DNA of 64,000 bases from Micropruina sp. (lineage in GTDB: Bacteria > Actinomycetota > Actinomycetes > Propionibacteriales > Propionibacteriaceae). The notes below the pieces were generated by a model, which was not told the origin of the DNA, ran no database searches, and saw nothing but the letters and a program-made list of their open reading frames with translations. Position numbers and translations under genes: made by a program. How positions within the stretch are numbered: position 1 is the stretch's first letter; every line of letters starts with the position of its first letter. The stretch lies in the NCBI RefSeq assembly GCF_047606665.1, contig NZ_JASGEF010000047.1, forward strand, positions 34,172 to 98,171, given 5' to 3'. Of the stretch, positions 25,961 through 37,902 are shown in pieces.

Positions 25961-27088
25961 GTGGATTGGATCTCCTGGCTCATCGTCGGCGTCCTGGCCC
26001 TCGCGGTCGTGGTCGCCGGCATCGTTGTCATTGCTCGCCGCAGGTCGCTGCCGCCGGCGCCTCGGCGTCCGGTATTGCCCAGCGAGCCCGAGACCTCCGC
26101 CGGTCCGGACGCCGGCGCCGCCGAGCCGGAGACGTCCACCGGAACCGCCACACTGGAGCGCCCCGAGGCGCCGTCCACCCGGATGGCCAGGCTGCGCCGC
26201 CGGCTGGCCGGCAGCAACAATCCGCTGGCCCGCGGCCTGCTGTCGATCCTGTCGTCCGATCGGCTGGACGCCGACGTCTGGGACGACTTCGAGGCCACTC
26301 TGATCACCTCCGACCTCGGCGTCGGCCCCACACAGGAGCTGACCGAGGCGCTGCGTCGCGAACTCGCCGTCGACGGGGTCAGCGATCCGGCCCACGCGAG
26401 GGCTGTGCTGCGGCACGAACTGCTCAGCCTGGTCGGTCCCGGCGTGGACCGCTCGCTCAACCTGCACGGCGCCGACGGCAAGCCGGCCGTGGTCCTGGTG
26501 GTGGGCGTCAACGGCACCGGCAAGACCACCACGATCGGCAAACTGGCCCGGGTCCTGGTGGCTGAGGAGAAGTCGGTGGTGCTGGGCGCCGCGGACACGT
26601 TCCGGGCCGCCGCCGCGGAGCAGCTGCAGACCTGGGGTGACCGGGTCGGCGTCCCCACCGTCCGCGGCCCCGAGGGTGGCGATCCGGCAGCTGTTGCCTA
26701 CCAGGCCGTCCAGCGCGGCATCGACGAGGGTGCCGACGTGGTGATCGTCGACACCGCCGGACGCCTGCACACCAAGACCGGCCTGATGGACGAACTCGGC
26801 AAGATCAAGCGGGTCATCGAGAAGCTGGCCCCGGTCACCGAGGTGCTGCTGCTGCTCGATGCCACCACCGGACAGAACGGGCTGATCCAAGCTCGGGTGT
26901 TCGCCGAGGTGGTGCAGATCACCGGCATCGTGCTGAGCAAACTGGACGGCTCCGCCAAGGGCGGCATCGTCGTCCAGGTCCAGCGCGAGCTCGGCGTCCC
27001 GGTGAAGCTGATCGGTCTCGGCGAGGGCGTGGACGACCTGGTCCCGTTCGAGGCCGAGCAATTCGTGGACGCTCTGCTCACCGACTGA
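25961..27088 (+). CDS. ftsY: Signal recognition particle receptor FtsY
   Basis: N-terminal TM anchor, acidic/Pro linker, and NG domain with GVNGTGKTTTIGKLA, DTAGRLH and TKLDGSAKGG. Confidence 0.95.
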   Translation: MDWISWLIVGVLALAVVVAGIVVIARRRSLPPAPRRPVLPSEPETSAGPDAGAAEPETSTGTATLERPEAPSTRMARLRRRLAGSNNPLARGLLSILSSDRLDADVWDDFEATLITSDLGVGPTQELTEALRRELAVDGVSDPAHARAVLRHELLSLVGPGVDRSLNLHGADGKPAVVLVVGVNGTGKTTTIGKLARVLVAEEKSVVLGAADTFRAAAAEQLQTWGDRVGVPTVRGPEGGDPAAVAYQAVQRGIDEGADVVIVDTAGRLHTKTGLMDELGKIKRVIEKLAPVTEVLLLLDATTGQNGLIQARVFAEVVQITGIVLSKLDGSAKGGIVVQVQRELGVPVKLIGLGEGVDDLVPFEAEQFVDALLTD

Positions 27089-27182
27089 GCGCCGCGACGG
27101 GCACCCGTCCGAGCCGGTCGCGACGGCGTTCGGTGGGCTACCGGTACGATGTCCGGGATACCCGACTGCGTGAGGAAGCCCG

Positions 27183-28766
27183 TTGTTCGACACCCTGCAA
27201 GACCGCCTCTCCGAGGTCTTCAAGAACCTGCGCGGCAAGAGCCGGCTGTCCGAGGCCGACATCGACGCGACCGCGCGCGAGATCCGGCTGGCGCTGCTCG
27301 AGGCCGACGTCAACCTGGGCGTGGTCAAGGAGTTCATCGCCAACCTGAAGTCGCGCGCCCTCGGTGCCGAGATTCACAAGGCGCTCAACCCGAGTCAGCA
27401 GATCATCAAGTTGGTCAACGAGGAACTGATCGCGATCCTCGGCGGCGAGACCCGTCCGCTGCGGTTCGCCAAGCGTCCGCCGACGGTGATCATGCTGGCC
27501 GGTCTGCAGGGCTCCGGTAAGACCACGCTCGCCGGCAAGCTCGGCCTGTGGCTCAAGGGGCAGGGACATTCGCCGCTGCTGGTGGCGGCGGACCTGCAGC
27601 GTCCGAACGCGGTCAACCAGCTGCAGGTGGTCGGCGAGCGCGCCGGCGTCCACGTCTTCGCGCCCGAGCCGGGCAACGGCGTCGGCGACCCGGTGCAGGT
27701 GGCCCGGACGTCGATCCTGCACGCGATGAGCAAGCTCTACGACGTGGTGATCGTCGACACCGCCGGCCGGTTGGGCATCGACGCCGAGCTGATGCAGCAG
27801 GCGTCCGATATTCGCAGCGCGGTGAACCCGACCGAAGTGCTGTTCGTGGTCGACGCGATGATCGGCCAGGACGCGGTGAACACTGCCAACGCGTTCGCCG
27901 AGGGCGTCGGCTTCGACGGCGTGGTGCTGACCAAGCTGGACGGCGACGCCCGCGGTGGTGCCGCGCTGTCGATCGCCAAGGTGATCGGCAAGCCGATCAT
28001 GTTCGCCTCCAACGGCGAGGGCTTGAAGGACTTCGACGCCTTCCACCCCGACCGGATGGCGTCCCGCATCCTCGGCATGGGCGATGTGCTCACCCTGATC
28101 GAGCAGGCCGAGAAGACCTTCGACGCCGAGCAGACCCAGAAGGCGGCCGAGAAGCTGCTGGGCGGACGCGGCGAGTTCGGCCTGGACGACTTCCTGCAGC
28201 AGATGCAGGCCGTGCGGCGGATGGGTCCGCTGTCCAAGATCCTCGGGATGATGCCCGGCATGGGCGCCATGAAGGACCAGATCAACAACATCGACGAGCG
28301 CGAGATCGACCGTCTCGAGGCGATCATCAAGTCGATGACCCCGGCCGAGCGGGCCAACCCGAAAATCCTGGACGGCTCTCGCCGCACCCGGATCGCGAAG
28401 GGTTCCGGAACCACGGTCACCGACGTGAACAGCCTGGTCAACCGGTTCTTCGACGCCCGCAAGATGATGCAGCAGCTGGGTGGCCAGATGGGCGGCATGC
28501 CCGGTCTGCCCGGCGGACGCCGCCAGCCGCAGCGTCAGGCGGCCCGGCCGAAGCGCGGCAAGGGCGTCTCCGGCAATCCGGCCAAGCGGGCGGCCGGTCC
28601 GGCCGCCGTGCCCGCCGCGCAGCAGCAGCCCGAGTGGAACCCGGCGGACGCCTTCGGGCTGGGCGCCAAGCCGTCGGACGCCGATCTGGCGAAGGCGCTC
28701 GGCGACTTCCAGCTGCCCCCCGATCTGCAGAAGATGTTCAACCAGAAGAACCAGGGCCCCCGCTGA
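27183..28766 (+). CDS. ffh: Signal recognition particle protein Ffh
   Basis: (M)FDTLQDRLSEVFKNLRGK (TTG start), GLQGSGKTT, DTAGRL, TKLDGDARGGAALS, and a Met-rich M domain (ILGMMPGMGAMK). Confidence 0.97.
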   Translation: MFDTLQDRLSEVFKNLRGKSRLSEADIDATAREIRLALLEADVNLGVVKEFIANLKSRALGAEIHKALNPSQQIIKLVNEELIAILGGETRPLRFAKRPPTVIMLAGLQGSGKTTLAGKLGLWLKGQGHSPLLVAADLQRPNAVNQLQVVGERAGVHVFAPEPGNGVGDPVQVARTSILHAMSKLYDVVIVDTAGRLGIDAELMQQASDIRSAVNPTEVLFVVDAMIGQDAVNTANAFAEGVGFDGVVLTKLDGDARGGAALSIAKVIGKPIMFASNGEGLKDFDAFHPDRMASRILGMGDVLTLIEQAEKTFDAEQTQKAAEKLLGGRGEFGLDDFLQQMQAVRRMGPLSKILGMMPGMGAMKDQINNIDEREIDRLEAIIKSMTPAERANPKILDGSRRTRIAKGSGTTVTDVNSLVNRFFDARKMMQQLGGQMGGMPGLPGGRRQPQRQAARPKRGKGVSGNPAKRAAGPAAVPAAQQQPEWNPADAFGLGAKPSDADLAKALGDFQLPPDLQKMFNQKNQGPR

Positions 28767-28781
28767 CCCTCACCCACGCGG

Positions 28782-28812
28782 TGGTCGAGCTTGTCGAGAC
28801 CCTGCGGCGCCG
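28782..28812. repeat. Dispersed intergenic repeat, copy 1 (20-nt core TGGTCGAGCTTGTCGAGACC)
   Basis: The 20-nt core is identical to 45144-45163 and is followed by similar GC-rich sequence (CTGCGGCGCCG versus TCGCGGCGTCCG). Both copies lie within about 20 nt of a plus-strand gene stop. Confidence 0.6.
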
Positions 28813-28860
28813 TCTGGTGAACTTCAACCGGCGACGCGACCGCAGTGACAGGATCGGATC

Positions 28861-30057
28861 ATGACCCACAGCCATGACATGCCTCCCGGTTTGGGGCCGC
28901 TCACCTCGCTGACCCACACCCACGACGGGCACACCCATACCCACGTCCGCAGCGAGGTTCCGGTCGGACCACCGCAGCGGCTGCATCTGCGGGGCGTCGT
29001 CCTGCCCGACGGGGAGGAGCGCGATCTGTGGCTGCACGACGGGGTGATCGGCTTCGAACCGCTGGCGGACGCCATCACCATCGCCACCGAGGGCTGGATC
29101 ATGCCGGGCCTGGTGGACGCCCACTGCCATGTCGGTCTGGAATCACACGGGGCGGTCAGTGAGGAGCGCGCGGAGGAGCATGCGATCATCGATCGTGAGG
29201 CGGGTGCGCTGCTGCTGCGCGACGCCGGTTCGCCGCTGGACACCCGGTTCTTGCAGGACCGTGAGGACCTGCCGAAGATCATCCGGGCCGGACGGCACAT
29301 CGCCCGGCCGAAGCGCTACTCCCGCAATTTCGCCGAAGAGGTGGAACCCGACGAGCTCGTCGACGAGGTGGTCACCCAGGCCGAACGCGGTGACGGCTGG
29401 GTCAAGATCGTCGGCGACTGGATCGACCGGGACGCCGGCGATCTGACCCCGTTGTGGCCCAAGGAGGTCGCGAAAGAGGCGATCGAGGCCGCCCACGCGC
29501 ATGGGGCGCGAGTCACCGCGCACTGCTTCGACGAACGCTCGGTCGCCGAACTGGTGGACGCCGGAATCGACGGCATCGAGCACGGCACCGGCCTCGACGA
29601 CGAGACCATTGCCGCCATGGCCGAACGTCAGGTCTCGCTGGTGCCCACCATGGTGAACCTGGAGAACTTCCCGAAATTTGCCGCCGCCGGCGAGGCCAAA
29701 TTCCCCCGCTACGCCGCCCATATCCGGGCGCTGCACGCCCGGCGGTTCGAGACCATCGGCAAGGCGGTGGACGCCGGCGTCGGCGTCTATGCCGGCACCG
29801 ACGCCGGCGGCGTCCACGGGCACGGGCTGATCGCGTCCGAGATCGAGCTGCTGGCTCAGGTCGGCGGCAACGACTTCGCCCTCGGTGCGGCGTCCTGGAA
29901 CGCGCGCCGTTGGCTCGGTCACCCTGGTATCGAGGAGGGCGCACCCGCCGACATCGTGGTGTTCGCCGAGGATCCGCGGGTGACGATCTCCGTGGTGCGC
30001 GAGCCGGTGCTGATCATCCTCAACGGACGCGTGGTGGGTGGGTCTGCGGCGGCCTGA
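28861..30057 (+). CDS. Amidohydrolase family protein (metal-dependent hydrolase)
   Basis: GWIMPGLVDAHCHVGL (HxH metal motif). 398 aa with a His-rich N-terminus THTHDGHTHTH. An amidohydrolase downstream of ffh is also seen in mycobacteria; this is from memory. Confidence 0.85.
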   Translation: MTHSHDMPPGLGPLTSLTHTHDGHTHTHVRSEVPVGPPQRLHLRGVVLPDGEERDLWLHDGVIGFEPLADAITIATEGWIMPGLVDAHCHVGLESHGAVSEERAEEHAIIDREAGALLLRDAGSPLDTRFLQDREDLPKIIRAGRHIARPKRYSRNFAEEVEPDELVDEVVTQAERGDGWVKIVGDWIDRDAGDLTPLWPKEVAKEAIEAAHAHGARVTAHCFDERSVAELVDAGIDGIEHGTGLDDETIAAMAERQVSLVPTMVNLENFPKFAAAGEAKFPRYAAHIRALHARRFETIGKAVDAGVGVYAGTDAGGVHGHGLIASEIELLAQVGGNDFALGAASWNARRWLGHPGIEEGAPADIVVFAEDPRVTISVVREPVLIILNGRVVGGSAAA

Positions 30058-30192
30058 GATCCCGGCGTTCGCCGGGATGACGAGGGTCGGGACGCGGGGG
30101 TGCGAGCCCCGTCATCCCGTGCTCGACACGGGATCTCAATGCGGGACGGCCGGGTGGGCATGTCACGCGCCGTCCGGGACTACTGTCCGGAC

Positions 30193-31305
30193 ATGGAACC
30201 GCATCGGCTGAGCCGGCAGGACGCCCGCCGCATCGCCGTCCGGGCTCAGCTGCTCGACGCCGACCGTCCCGCCCTGGTCGCCGAGGTCGTCGATGAGCTC
30301 ACGGTGCTCAATATCGACCCCACCGAGGCCATCGCCCCTAGCGAAGACCACATTCTGTGGTCGAGGCTGGGTGGCGGCTACGAGCACGCGCAGTTGCAGG
30401 AGTCCGTCGAGACCGACCGGACCGTGTTCGAATACGACGGCATGTACCGGGCGATCGCCGACCTGCCGCTGTACCGGGCGCTGATGCGGCGTCCGTTGCG
30501 TTACCAGAAGCCGGCCGACTGGCTGGCCGCCAACGACCGCTTCCGCGGCGACGTGCTTGCCCTCTTGCGAGAGCGGGGCCCGCTGCGGACCGGCGAGATT
30601 CCGGACACCGCCCAGCAGCCCTGGGGTTCGACCGGCTGGACCAACGATCGAAACGTCACCATCCTGCTGGAGCTGCTGGTGCGGTTGGGAGAGGTGGCGA
30701 TCGTCGGCCGTACCGGGCGCGAGCGCCGCTGGGATCTGGCCGAGCGCTGGTACCCGGCCGATCTGCCCGAGGTGCCCGACGCCGAGGTGGACGCGCGACG
30801 CGACGAGCGGCGGCTGCAATCCCTGGGCATCGCGCGCGCGAAGCAGACCGCGGTGCCGTTGGAGCGGATGGACGTCGGCGCCGCCGGCGAACCCGCGGTG
30901 GTGGACGGGGTGGCGGGCCTCTGGCGAGTCGATCCGGTCGGCCTGGACGACCTGGCCCGCCCCTTCGAAGGCCGGACGGCGCTGCTGTCGCCCTTCGACC
31001 GCCTGGTCTTCGATCGGGCCAGAGCGATGGCCCTGTTCGGCTTCGAGTACGCCCTCGAGATGTACAAGCCGGCCGCCAAACGCCGATGGGGCTATTTCGC
31101 CCTGCCGATCCTGCAGGGCGATGCGCTGATCGGAAAGCTGGACGCCAAAGCGGACCGGCGGGCCGGGGTCTTGCGGGTATTCCGCGTCCATGCCGACGGC
31201 GACTGGACGTCCGAGACCGCCGAAGCGGTCCGAGCCGAGATCGGTGCCCTGGCCGAGTGGCTCGGCCTGGAGATCGACGAATCCGAGGCGGCAGCCGAAC
31301 GGTGA
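30193..31305 (+). CDS. YcaQ/AlkZ-like winged-helix protein (DUF1006, crosslink-repair glycosylase family)
   Basis: MEPHRLSRQDARRIAVRAQLLD.. ; ..DHILWSRLGGGYEHAQL.., ..GWTNDRNVTILLELLVRLGEVAIVGR.., ..RRWGYFALPIL.. are typical YcaQ family segments. Confidence 0.75.
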   Translation: MEPHRLSRQDARRIAVRAQLLDADRPALVAEVVDELTVLNIDPTEAIAPSEDHILWSRLGGGYEHAQLQESVETDRTVFEYDGMYRAIADLPLYRALMRRPLRYQKPADWLAANDRFRGDVLALLRERGPLRTGEIPDTAQQPWGSTGWTNDRNVTILLELLVRLGEVAIVGRTGRERRWDLAERWYPADLPEVPDAEVDARRDERRLQSLGIARAKQTAVPLERMDVGAAGEPAVVDGVAGLWRVDPVGLDDLARPFEGRTALLSPFDRLVFDRARAMALFGFEYALEMYKPAAKRRWGYFALPILQGDALIGKLDAKADRRAGVLRVFRVHADGDWTSETAEAVRAEIGALAEWLGLEIDESEAAAER

Positions 31306-31380
31306 GACCGGGCGTCTCGTTCCGGCGCGAATCGCGCGAACCGGCTGCGGCGGCCGGCGGTGCGCCGGGAGAATGACCTT

Positions 31381-31908
31381 GTGACCAAGGACATCTTCAC
31401 CGACCGCGATATTGCCGACGGCACGGTCCGCGCGGCCCTCACCGAGCTCGTCCGGCGTCCGCTCTCCTGGGTGACGACCACGTCACCGGACGGCGAACCG
31501 TGCGTCGCCGCGCAGAGTTTCGTCACTCTGGTCTCGGTCGATCCGCCGATGGTCGGGGTCAGCCTGTTCGGCGAGCAGCAGACCCTGGCCAACATCGAGC
31601 GCAGCAACGAATTCGTGGTGTCCCTGGCCACCGCGGAGAGCGTGCGGCGGGCGACCTTGATCGCCGGCGGCCTGCACCCCGACATCGACGAGTTCACCGC
31701 GGGACTGCCGTTGGAGACCGCCGACACCGTGGGCGTGCAACGGCCGTCCGATTCGTCGGTGCACCTGGAATGCGGGCTGCAGACCGTGCTGAACTTCGGC
31801 AACGGGCACCTGGTGATCGGACGCCTGACCGCGCTGGTGGTCGACGGCGACACCGCACGCGACGGCGTCCAGTTGGTGGCCGACAGCCTCGCCGGCGTCG
31901 GCGGCTGA
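31381..31908 (+). CDS. Flavin reductase-like (FMN-binding split-barrel) domain protein
   Basis: ..RPLSWVTTTSPDGEPCVAAQSFVTLVSVDPPMVGVSL.. is typical of the flavin reductase domain. GTG 31381 has GGGAGAA 8 nt upstream; GTG 31360 is an alternative start. Confidence 0.7.
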   Translation: MTKDIFTDRDIADGTVRAALTELVRRPLSWVTTTSPDGEPCVAAQSFVTLVSVDPPMVGVSLFGEQQTLANIERSNEFVVSLATAESVRRATLIAGGLHPDIDEFTAGLPLETADTVGVQRPSDSSVHLECGLQTVLNFGNGHLVIGRLTALVVDGDTARDGVQLVADSLAGVGG

Positions 31909-32159
31909 GATCGGCAGAGAGCGGCTCCGAACCGGGAGCGCCGGCTTCACCCGACAAGGTGCGGACGCCGGCGTCGCGGTTCGCGGTTTCGGTGAGCGAT
32001 CTGGCACAATATGGGGCGCGTCGTCCGCGCCGGTGCCCTCTCACCTCCGGTTCGGTCGGTCCACCCGAGACTCGCGTTCATTCCCCACAATGAGCGTCGG
32101 CCTCACCCGTCCAGCCTGGCAGACGTTGTCCAGGCTTTCCCACAGGAGAAACCACACAC

Positions 32160-32579
32160 GTGGCTGTCAAGATTCGTTTGAAGCGGCTCGGCAAGATCCG
32201 CTCGCCGCACTACCGCATCGTCGTCATGGACTCGCGCACCAAGCGCGACGGCCGTGCGATCGAGGAGATCGGCCTCTACCAGCCGAAGAACGACCCTTCG
32301 GTGATCAAGGTCAACTCCGAACGGGCGCAGTACTGGCTCGGCGTCGGCGCCCAGCCGACCGAGGCCGTCGTCACCATCTTCAAGCGCAGTGGTGACTGGC
32401 AGAAGTTCACCGGCGACTCCTCGGAGTCGGGCATCGCCCCGCAGGCCGAGAAGGCCGACAAGGTCGCCCGGTTCAACGCCGCGCTGGCCGAGGCCGACGA
32501 CGCGCCGGCCGCCGGGGCGATCAGCACCGGCAAGAAGCGGGCCGCCGAGTCGGACGCCGCTGACGCCGACGAGGCCTGA
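32160..32579 (+). CDS. rpsP: 30S ribosomal protein S16
   Basis: (M)[41 protein letters not shown] with an Ala/Asp-rich C-terminal extension. Confidence 0.97.
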   Translation: MAVKIRLKRLGKIRSPHYRIVVMDSRTKRDGRAIEEIGLYQPKNDPSVIKVNSERAQYWLGVGAQPTEAVVTIFKRSGDWQKFTGDSSESGIAPQAEKADKVARFNAALAEADDAPAAGAISTGKKRAAESDAADADEA

Positions 32580-32581
32580 TC

Positions 32582-32839
32582 GTGCTCGCCGACGCCCTGG
32601 AGCATCTGGTGCGCGGCCTTGTCGCGAACCCCGATGAGGTGCGCGTCTCCGATTCCGACCGGCGTCATCCGCGCACCCTCGAGGTCCGGGTTCATCCCGA
32701 GGACATCGGCAAGGTGATCGGACGCCAGGGCCGCACCGCCGGTGCCCTGCGCACCGTGGTCAGCGCTCTGGCCGGCCGCGAGACGGTCCGGGTCGACTTC
32801 GTCGACGTCGACCGGCGGCAACGCCAGCGTCGCCGCTGA
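32582..32839 (+). CDS. KH-domain RNA-binding protein (YlqC/UPF0109)
   Basis: ..LEVRVHPEDIGKVIGRQGRTAGALRTVV.. (GxxG KH motif). Conserved position between rpsP and rimM. Confidence 0.9.
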   Translation: MLADALEHLVRGLVANPDEVRVSDSDRRHPRTLEVRVHPEDIGKVIGRQGRTAGALRTVVSALAGRETVRVDFVDVDRRQRQRRR

Positions 32840-32862
32840 TCATCGGCGACTACAACCATACC

Positions 32863-32890
32863 GACGCCCCTGAGCCTGCTCAGGGGCGTC
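32863..32890 (+). terminator. Strong hairpin between the KH-protein gene and rimM (attenuator/terminator candidate)
   Basis: GACGCCCCTGAGC-CT-GCTCAGGGGCGTC has perfect 13-nt arms and is followed by TATGAGTCTG, a weak U-tract. Confidence 0.45.
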
Positions 32891-32942
32891 TATGAGTCTG
32901 CGCAACACCCCGTTTCGGCAGGCTCTCCGGCTTTCGGGAGGA

Positions 32943-33494
32943 ATGATGGCGTCCACCGTCGAGGTGGTGGTCGGCACCGTCGGACGCGCCCACGGGCTGC
33001 GCGGCGAGGTGACCATCCGGCTGCTCAGCGACTTCCCCGAGGAGCGGTTCGCGCCCGGCGTCGTGCTGCACGCCGGGCAGCCCGCAGGCCGCGGGCTCGA
33101 GGTGGCCACCAGCCGCTGGCAAGGCGACATGCTGCTGGTCGCTTTCCGCGGATATACCGACCGGTCGCGTGCCGAGACGCTGCGTGGCACCGAACTGTGG
33201 GCACAGGTCGAGGCGGGCGAGGACGACGAGGGCGACTTCCACGATGCCGCACTGACCGGTCTGGAGGTCCGCACCGGCACTGTCGTCCGCGGCCGGATCG
33301 CCTCGATCGTGCACAACCCCGGCCAGGATCTGCTGGTGGTCCGTTCCGCCACGGGCGAGCATCTGGTGCCGTTCGTCACCGAGCTGGTGCCGACGGTCGA
33401 CCTGGCGGCGGGTTTCGTCGAGGTGGTCGACCTGCCGGGTTTGTTCGGCGAACCTGAAGTCGCCGGCGAGTCCGAGGCGGAGGAGGTCCGATGA
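32943..33494 (+). CDS. rimM: Ribosome maturation factor RimM
   Basis: [29 protein letters not shown].. is the RimM N-terminal signature, with a PRC-barrel C-terminus. ATG 32943 lies within ORF 32892..33494. Confidence 0.92.
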   Translation: MMASTVEVVVGTVGRAHGLRGEVTIRLLSDFPEERFAPGVVLHAGQPAGRGLEVATSRWQGDMLLVAFRGYTDRSRAETLRGTELWAQVEAGEDDEGDFHDAALTGLEVRTGTVVRGRIASIVHNPGQDLLVVRSATGEHLVPFVTELVPTVDLAAGFVEVVDLPGLFGEPEVAGESEAEEVR

Positions 33495-34192
33495 GGCTCG
33501 ATATCGTCACGATCTTCCCCGAATACTTTGCACCGTTGCAGCTGTCCCTGGTCGGCAAGGCGATCCGCGCCGGCACGGTGGACGTCGCCGTCCACGATCT
33601 GCGCCGCTGGACCCACGACCGGCACCGCACCGTCGACGACACCCCGTACGGCGGCGGTGCCGGCATGGTGATGAAGCCCGAGCCGTGGGGCGAAGCACTG
33701 GACGAGCTGCTCGCCCTGCCGGATCACCAATCCGATGAGCCGGTGCTGATCGTGCCCACGCCGTCCGGGACGCCGTTCACCCAGCAGATCGCGCACGAGT
33801 GGGCCGCGGAGAAGCGGCTGGTCTTCGCCTGCGGACGCTACGAGGGCATCGACGCTCGGGTCGTCGAACATGCTGCCACCCGGATGCGAACCGCCGAGGT
33901 CAGCCTCGGCGACTACGTGCTGAACGGGGGAGAGGTCGCCGCGCTGGCGATCGTCGAGGCCGTCGTCCGGCTGCTGCCCGGGGTGCTGGGCAATCCGGCG
34001 TCCCTGATCGAGGAATCGCACGCGCCCGGCCACGACAACCTGCTGGAGTACCCGACCTACACCAAGCCGGAGACCTGGCGCGGGCTGAGCGTGCCGGAGG
34101 TGCTGCTGTCCGGCCATCACGGTGAAGTGGCGAAGTGGCGCCGGGCGCAGGCCGTGGAGCGGACTCGCGAATGGCGTCCGGACCTGCTCTGA
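33491..34192 (+). CDS. trmD: tRNA (guanine37-N1)-methyltransferase
   Basis: [16 protein letters not shown].., ..[18 protein letters not shown].., ..[12 protein letters not shown].., ..[11 protein letters not shown].. are TrmD signatures. ATGA overlap with rimM. Confidence 0.97.
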   Translation: MRLDIVTIFPEYFAPLQLSLVGKAIRAGTVDVAVHDLRRWTHDRHRTVDDTPYGGGAGMVMKPEPWGEALDELLALPDHQSDEPVLIVPTPSGTPFTQQIAHEWAAEKRLVFACGRYEGIDARVVEHAATRMRTAEVSLGDYVLNGGEVAALAIVEAVVRLLPGVLGNPASLIEESHAPGHDNLLEYPTYTKPETWRGLSVPEVLLSGHHGEVAKWRRAQAVERTREWRPDLL

Positions 34193-34418
34193 GCGGCGTG
34201 GGAGATCCTCGGCGGGTGGCGTTCACTGGTCCGGTGATTGCTTCCCCGTAACGCCCCCGATCGCCTTCGCCTGTGGTCTCGCCCTGCTGCTCGCCGGCCG
34301 TGCCGCGCCCCTGCCCTGCAACCTGGACGCCGGTCGGCACCCGACCGACTCACGAGACCCTTCGTCTCAACCGGGGCGACTTTCCGGTGGCGTCCAACAT
34401 GGCCGTCGCAAGGGGAAT

Positions 34419-35131
34419 ATGGTGACTCTCGTGGCGACGACAACTCTTTCCCCACGCGCTCAGGCGGTCCGCTCCTCGGTGGCCATAAAGGTCCTGATGG
34501 CGATCACCGGTCTGATCATGATCGGGTTCCTGCTGATGCACATGTACGGCAACCTGAAGGTCTTCTTCGGTGCCGAATCCTTCGATCACTACGCCGAGTG
34601 GCTCAAGGGGGACATCCTCTACCCGCTGGCGCCGAAGGGTTGGTTCATCTGGATCTTCCGGACGTTCCTGCTGGCGGCGATCGTGCTGCACATCTGGTCG
34701 GCGGCCACTCTGACCCTGCGCGCCCGTCGCGCCCGCGGCACCAAGTACGTCAACTCCAAGCCGATCCAACAGACCTACTCGGCCCGCACCATGCGCTGGG
34801 GCGGCGTGATCCTGGCCGGCTTCCTGGTCTTCCACATCCTCCAGTTCACCTCCCGCACGATCAAGACCGGCTTCGCCGCGGACGCCGGGGCGTACGACAT
34901 GTTCGTGGCCTCGTTCCAGTACTGGTGGCTGGTGCTGGCCTACGCGCTGTGGATGGTGACGGTCTGCATGCACATCCGGCACGGCTTCTGGAGCGCGTTC
35001 GCGACGCTCGGCGCAAACACCTCGGCGAAGGCCCGCACATGGTTCAACATCGTTGCCTACGCGGTCGCCATTCTGTTGTATGTCGGATTCATGGTGGCAC
35101 CACTGGCGGTGCTGTTCGGAGCGGTGAAGTG

Positions 35132-35132
<1 letters not shown>
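34419..35132 (+). CDS. sdhC: Succinate dehydrogenase/fumarate reductase cytochrome b subunit (single-subunit b558-type anchor)
   Basis: 5-TM protein with [29 protein letters not shown] and further His-bearing helices. ATG 34419 follows AAGGGGA. It lies directly upstream of sdhA. Confidence 0.85.
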
Positions 35133-37143
<2,011 letters not shown>

Positions 37144-37147
<4 letters not shown>

Positions 37148-37902
37148 ACATCACTTTGCGGGTCTGGCGGCAGGCGAACGCCGACGCCAAGGGGGCCATG
37201 CAGACCTACCAGCTGGCCGATGTCAGCCCGGACATGTCGTTCCTGGAGATGCTCGATCTGCTCAATGAGCAACTCACCATCGAGGGCGGCGAGCCGGTCG
37301 CCTTCGACCACGACTGCCGCGAAGGCATCTGCGGCATGTGCGGCGTGGTGATCAACGGTTCGGCGCACGGACGGGGCTCGTCCCCGGTGCCGACCACTAC
37401 CTGCCAGCTGCACATGCGCTCGTTCGCGGATGGCGCCACCATCGACGTCGAGCCGTGGCGGGCCGGCGGCTTCCCGGTGATCAAAGACCTGGTCGTGGAC
37501 CGCAGCGCCTTCGACCGGATCATCCAGGCCGGCGGCTACATCTCGGTCAACACCGGCGCCGCACAGGACGCCAACGCCCTTCCGGTGCCCAAGGTGGACG
37601 CCGACCGCGCGTTCGACGCCGCCACCTGCATCGGCTGCGGCGCCTGCGTGGCGGCCTGTCCGAACGGTTCGGCGATGCTGTTCACCTCGGCCAAGATCAC
37701 CCACCTGGCGATGCTGCCGCAGGGCCAGCCGGAACGCTGGTCGCGGGTCAAGGGCATGGTGGCCCAGCACGACGCCGAGGGCTTCGGCGGCTGCACCAAC
37801 ATCGGCGAGTGCGCGGCGGTCTGCCCCAAGGGCATCCCGCTGGACACCATCAGCCAGCTGAACCGCGACCTGATGCACGCCCTGTTCAAGAAGGACAAGT
37901 AG
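37144..37902 (+). CDS. sdhB: Succinate dehydrogenase/fumarate reductase iron-sulfur subunit
   Basis: 2Fe-2S motif [10 protein letters not shown]; 4Fe-4S and 3Fe-4S motifs [12 protein letters not shown] and [12 protein letters not shown]. The GTG overlaps the sdhA TGA. Confidence 0.95.

Noticed and set aside
24742-27343. Long minus-strand ORFs (24742..26658, 25667..27343) and plus-strand ORFs (24840..26303) overlapping the AlkZ-like gene and ftsY
   Set aside because: They have no recognisable motifs and an Arg/Pro/Gly-rich composition. The alternative frames and strands contain clear AlkZ-like and FtsY (GTPase motif) proteins.
34122-35131. Long N-terminal extensions of the sdhC (from 34122) and sdhA (from 34238) ORFs
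   Set aside because: The upstream parts are Arg/Pro/Gly-rich and lack homology-like features. Internal ATGs at 34419 and 35132 have RBS or overlap signals and give proteins that start at the conserved N-termini.
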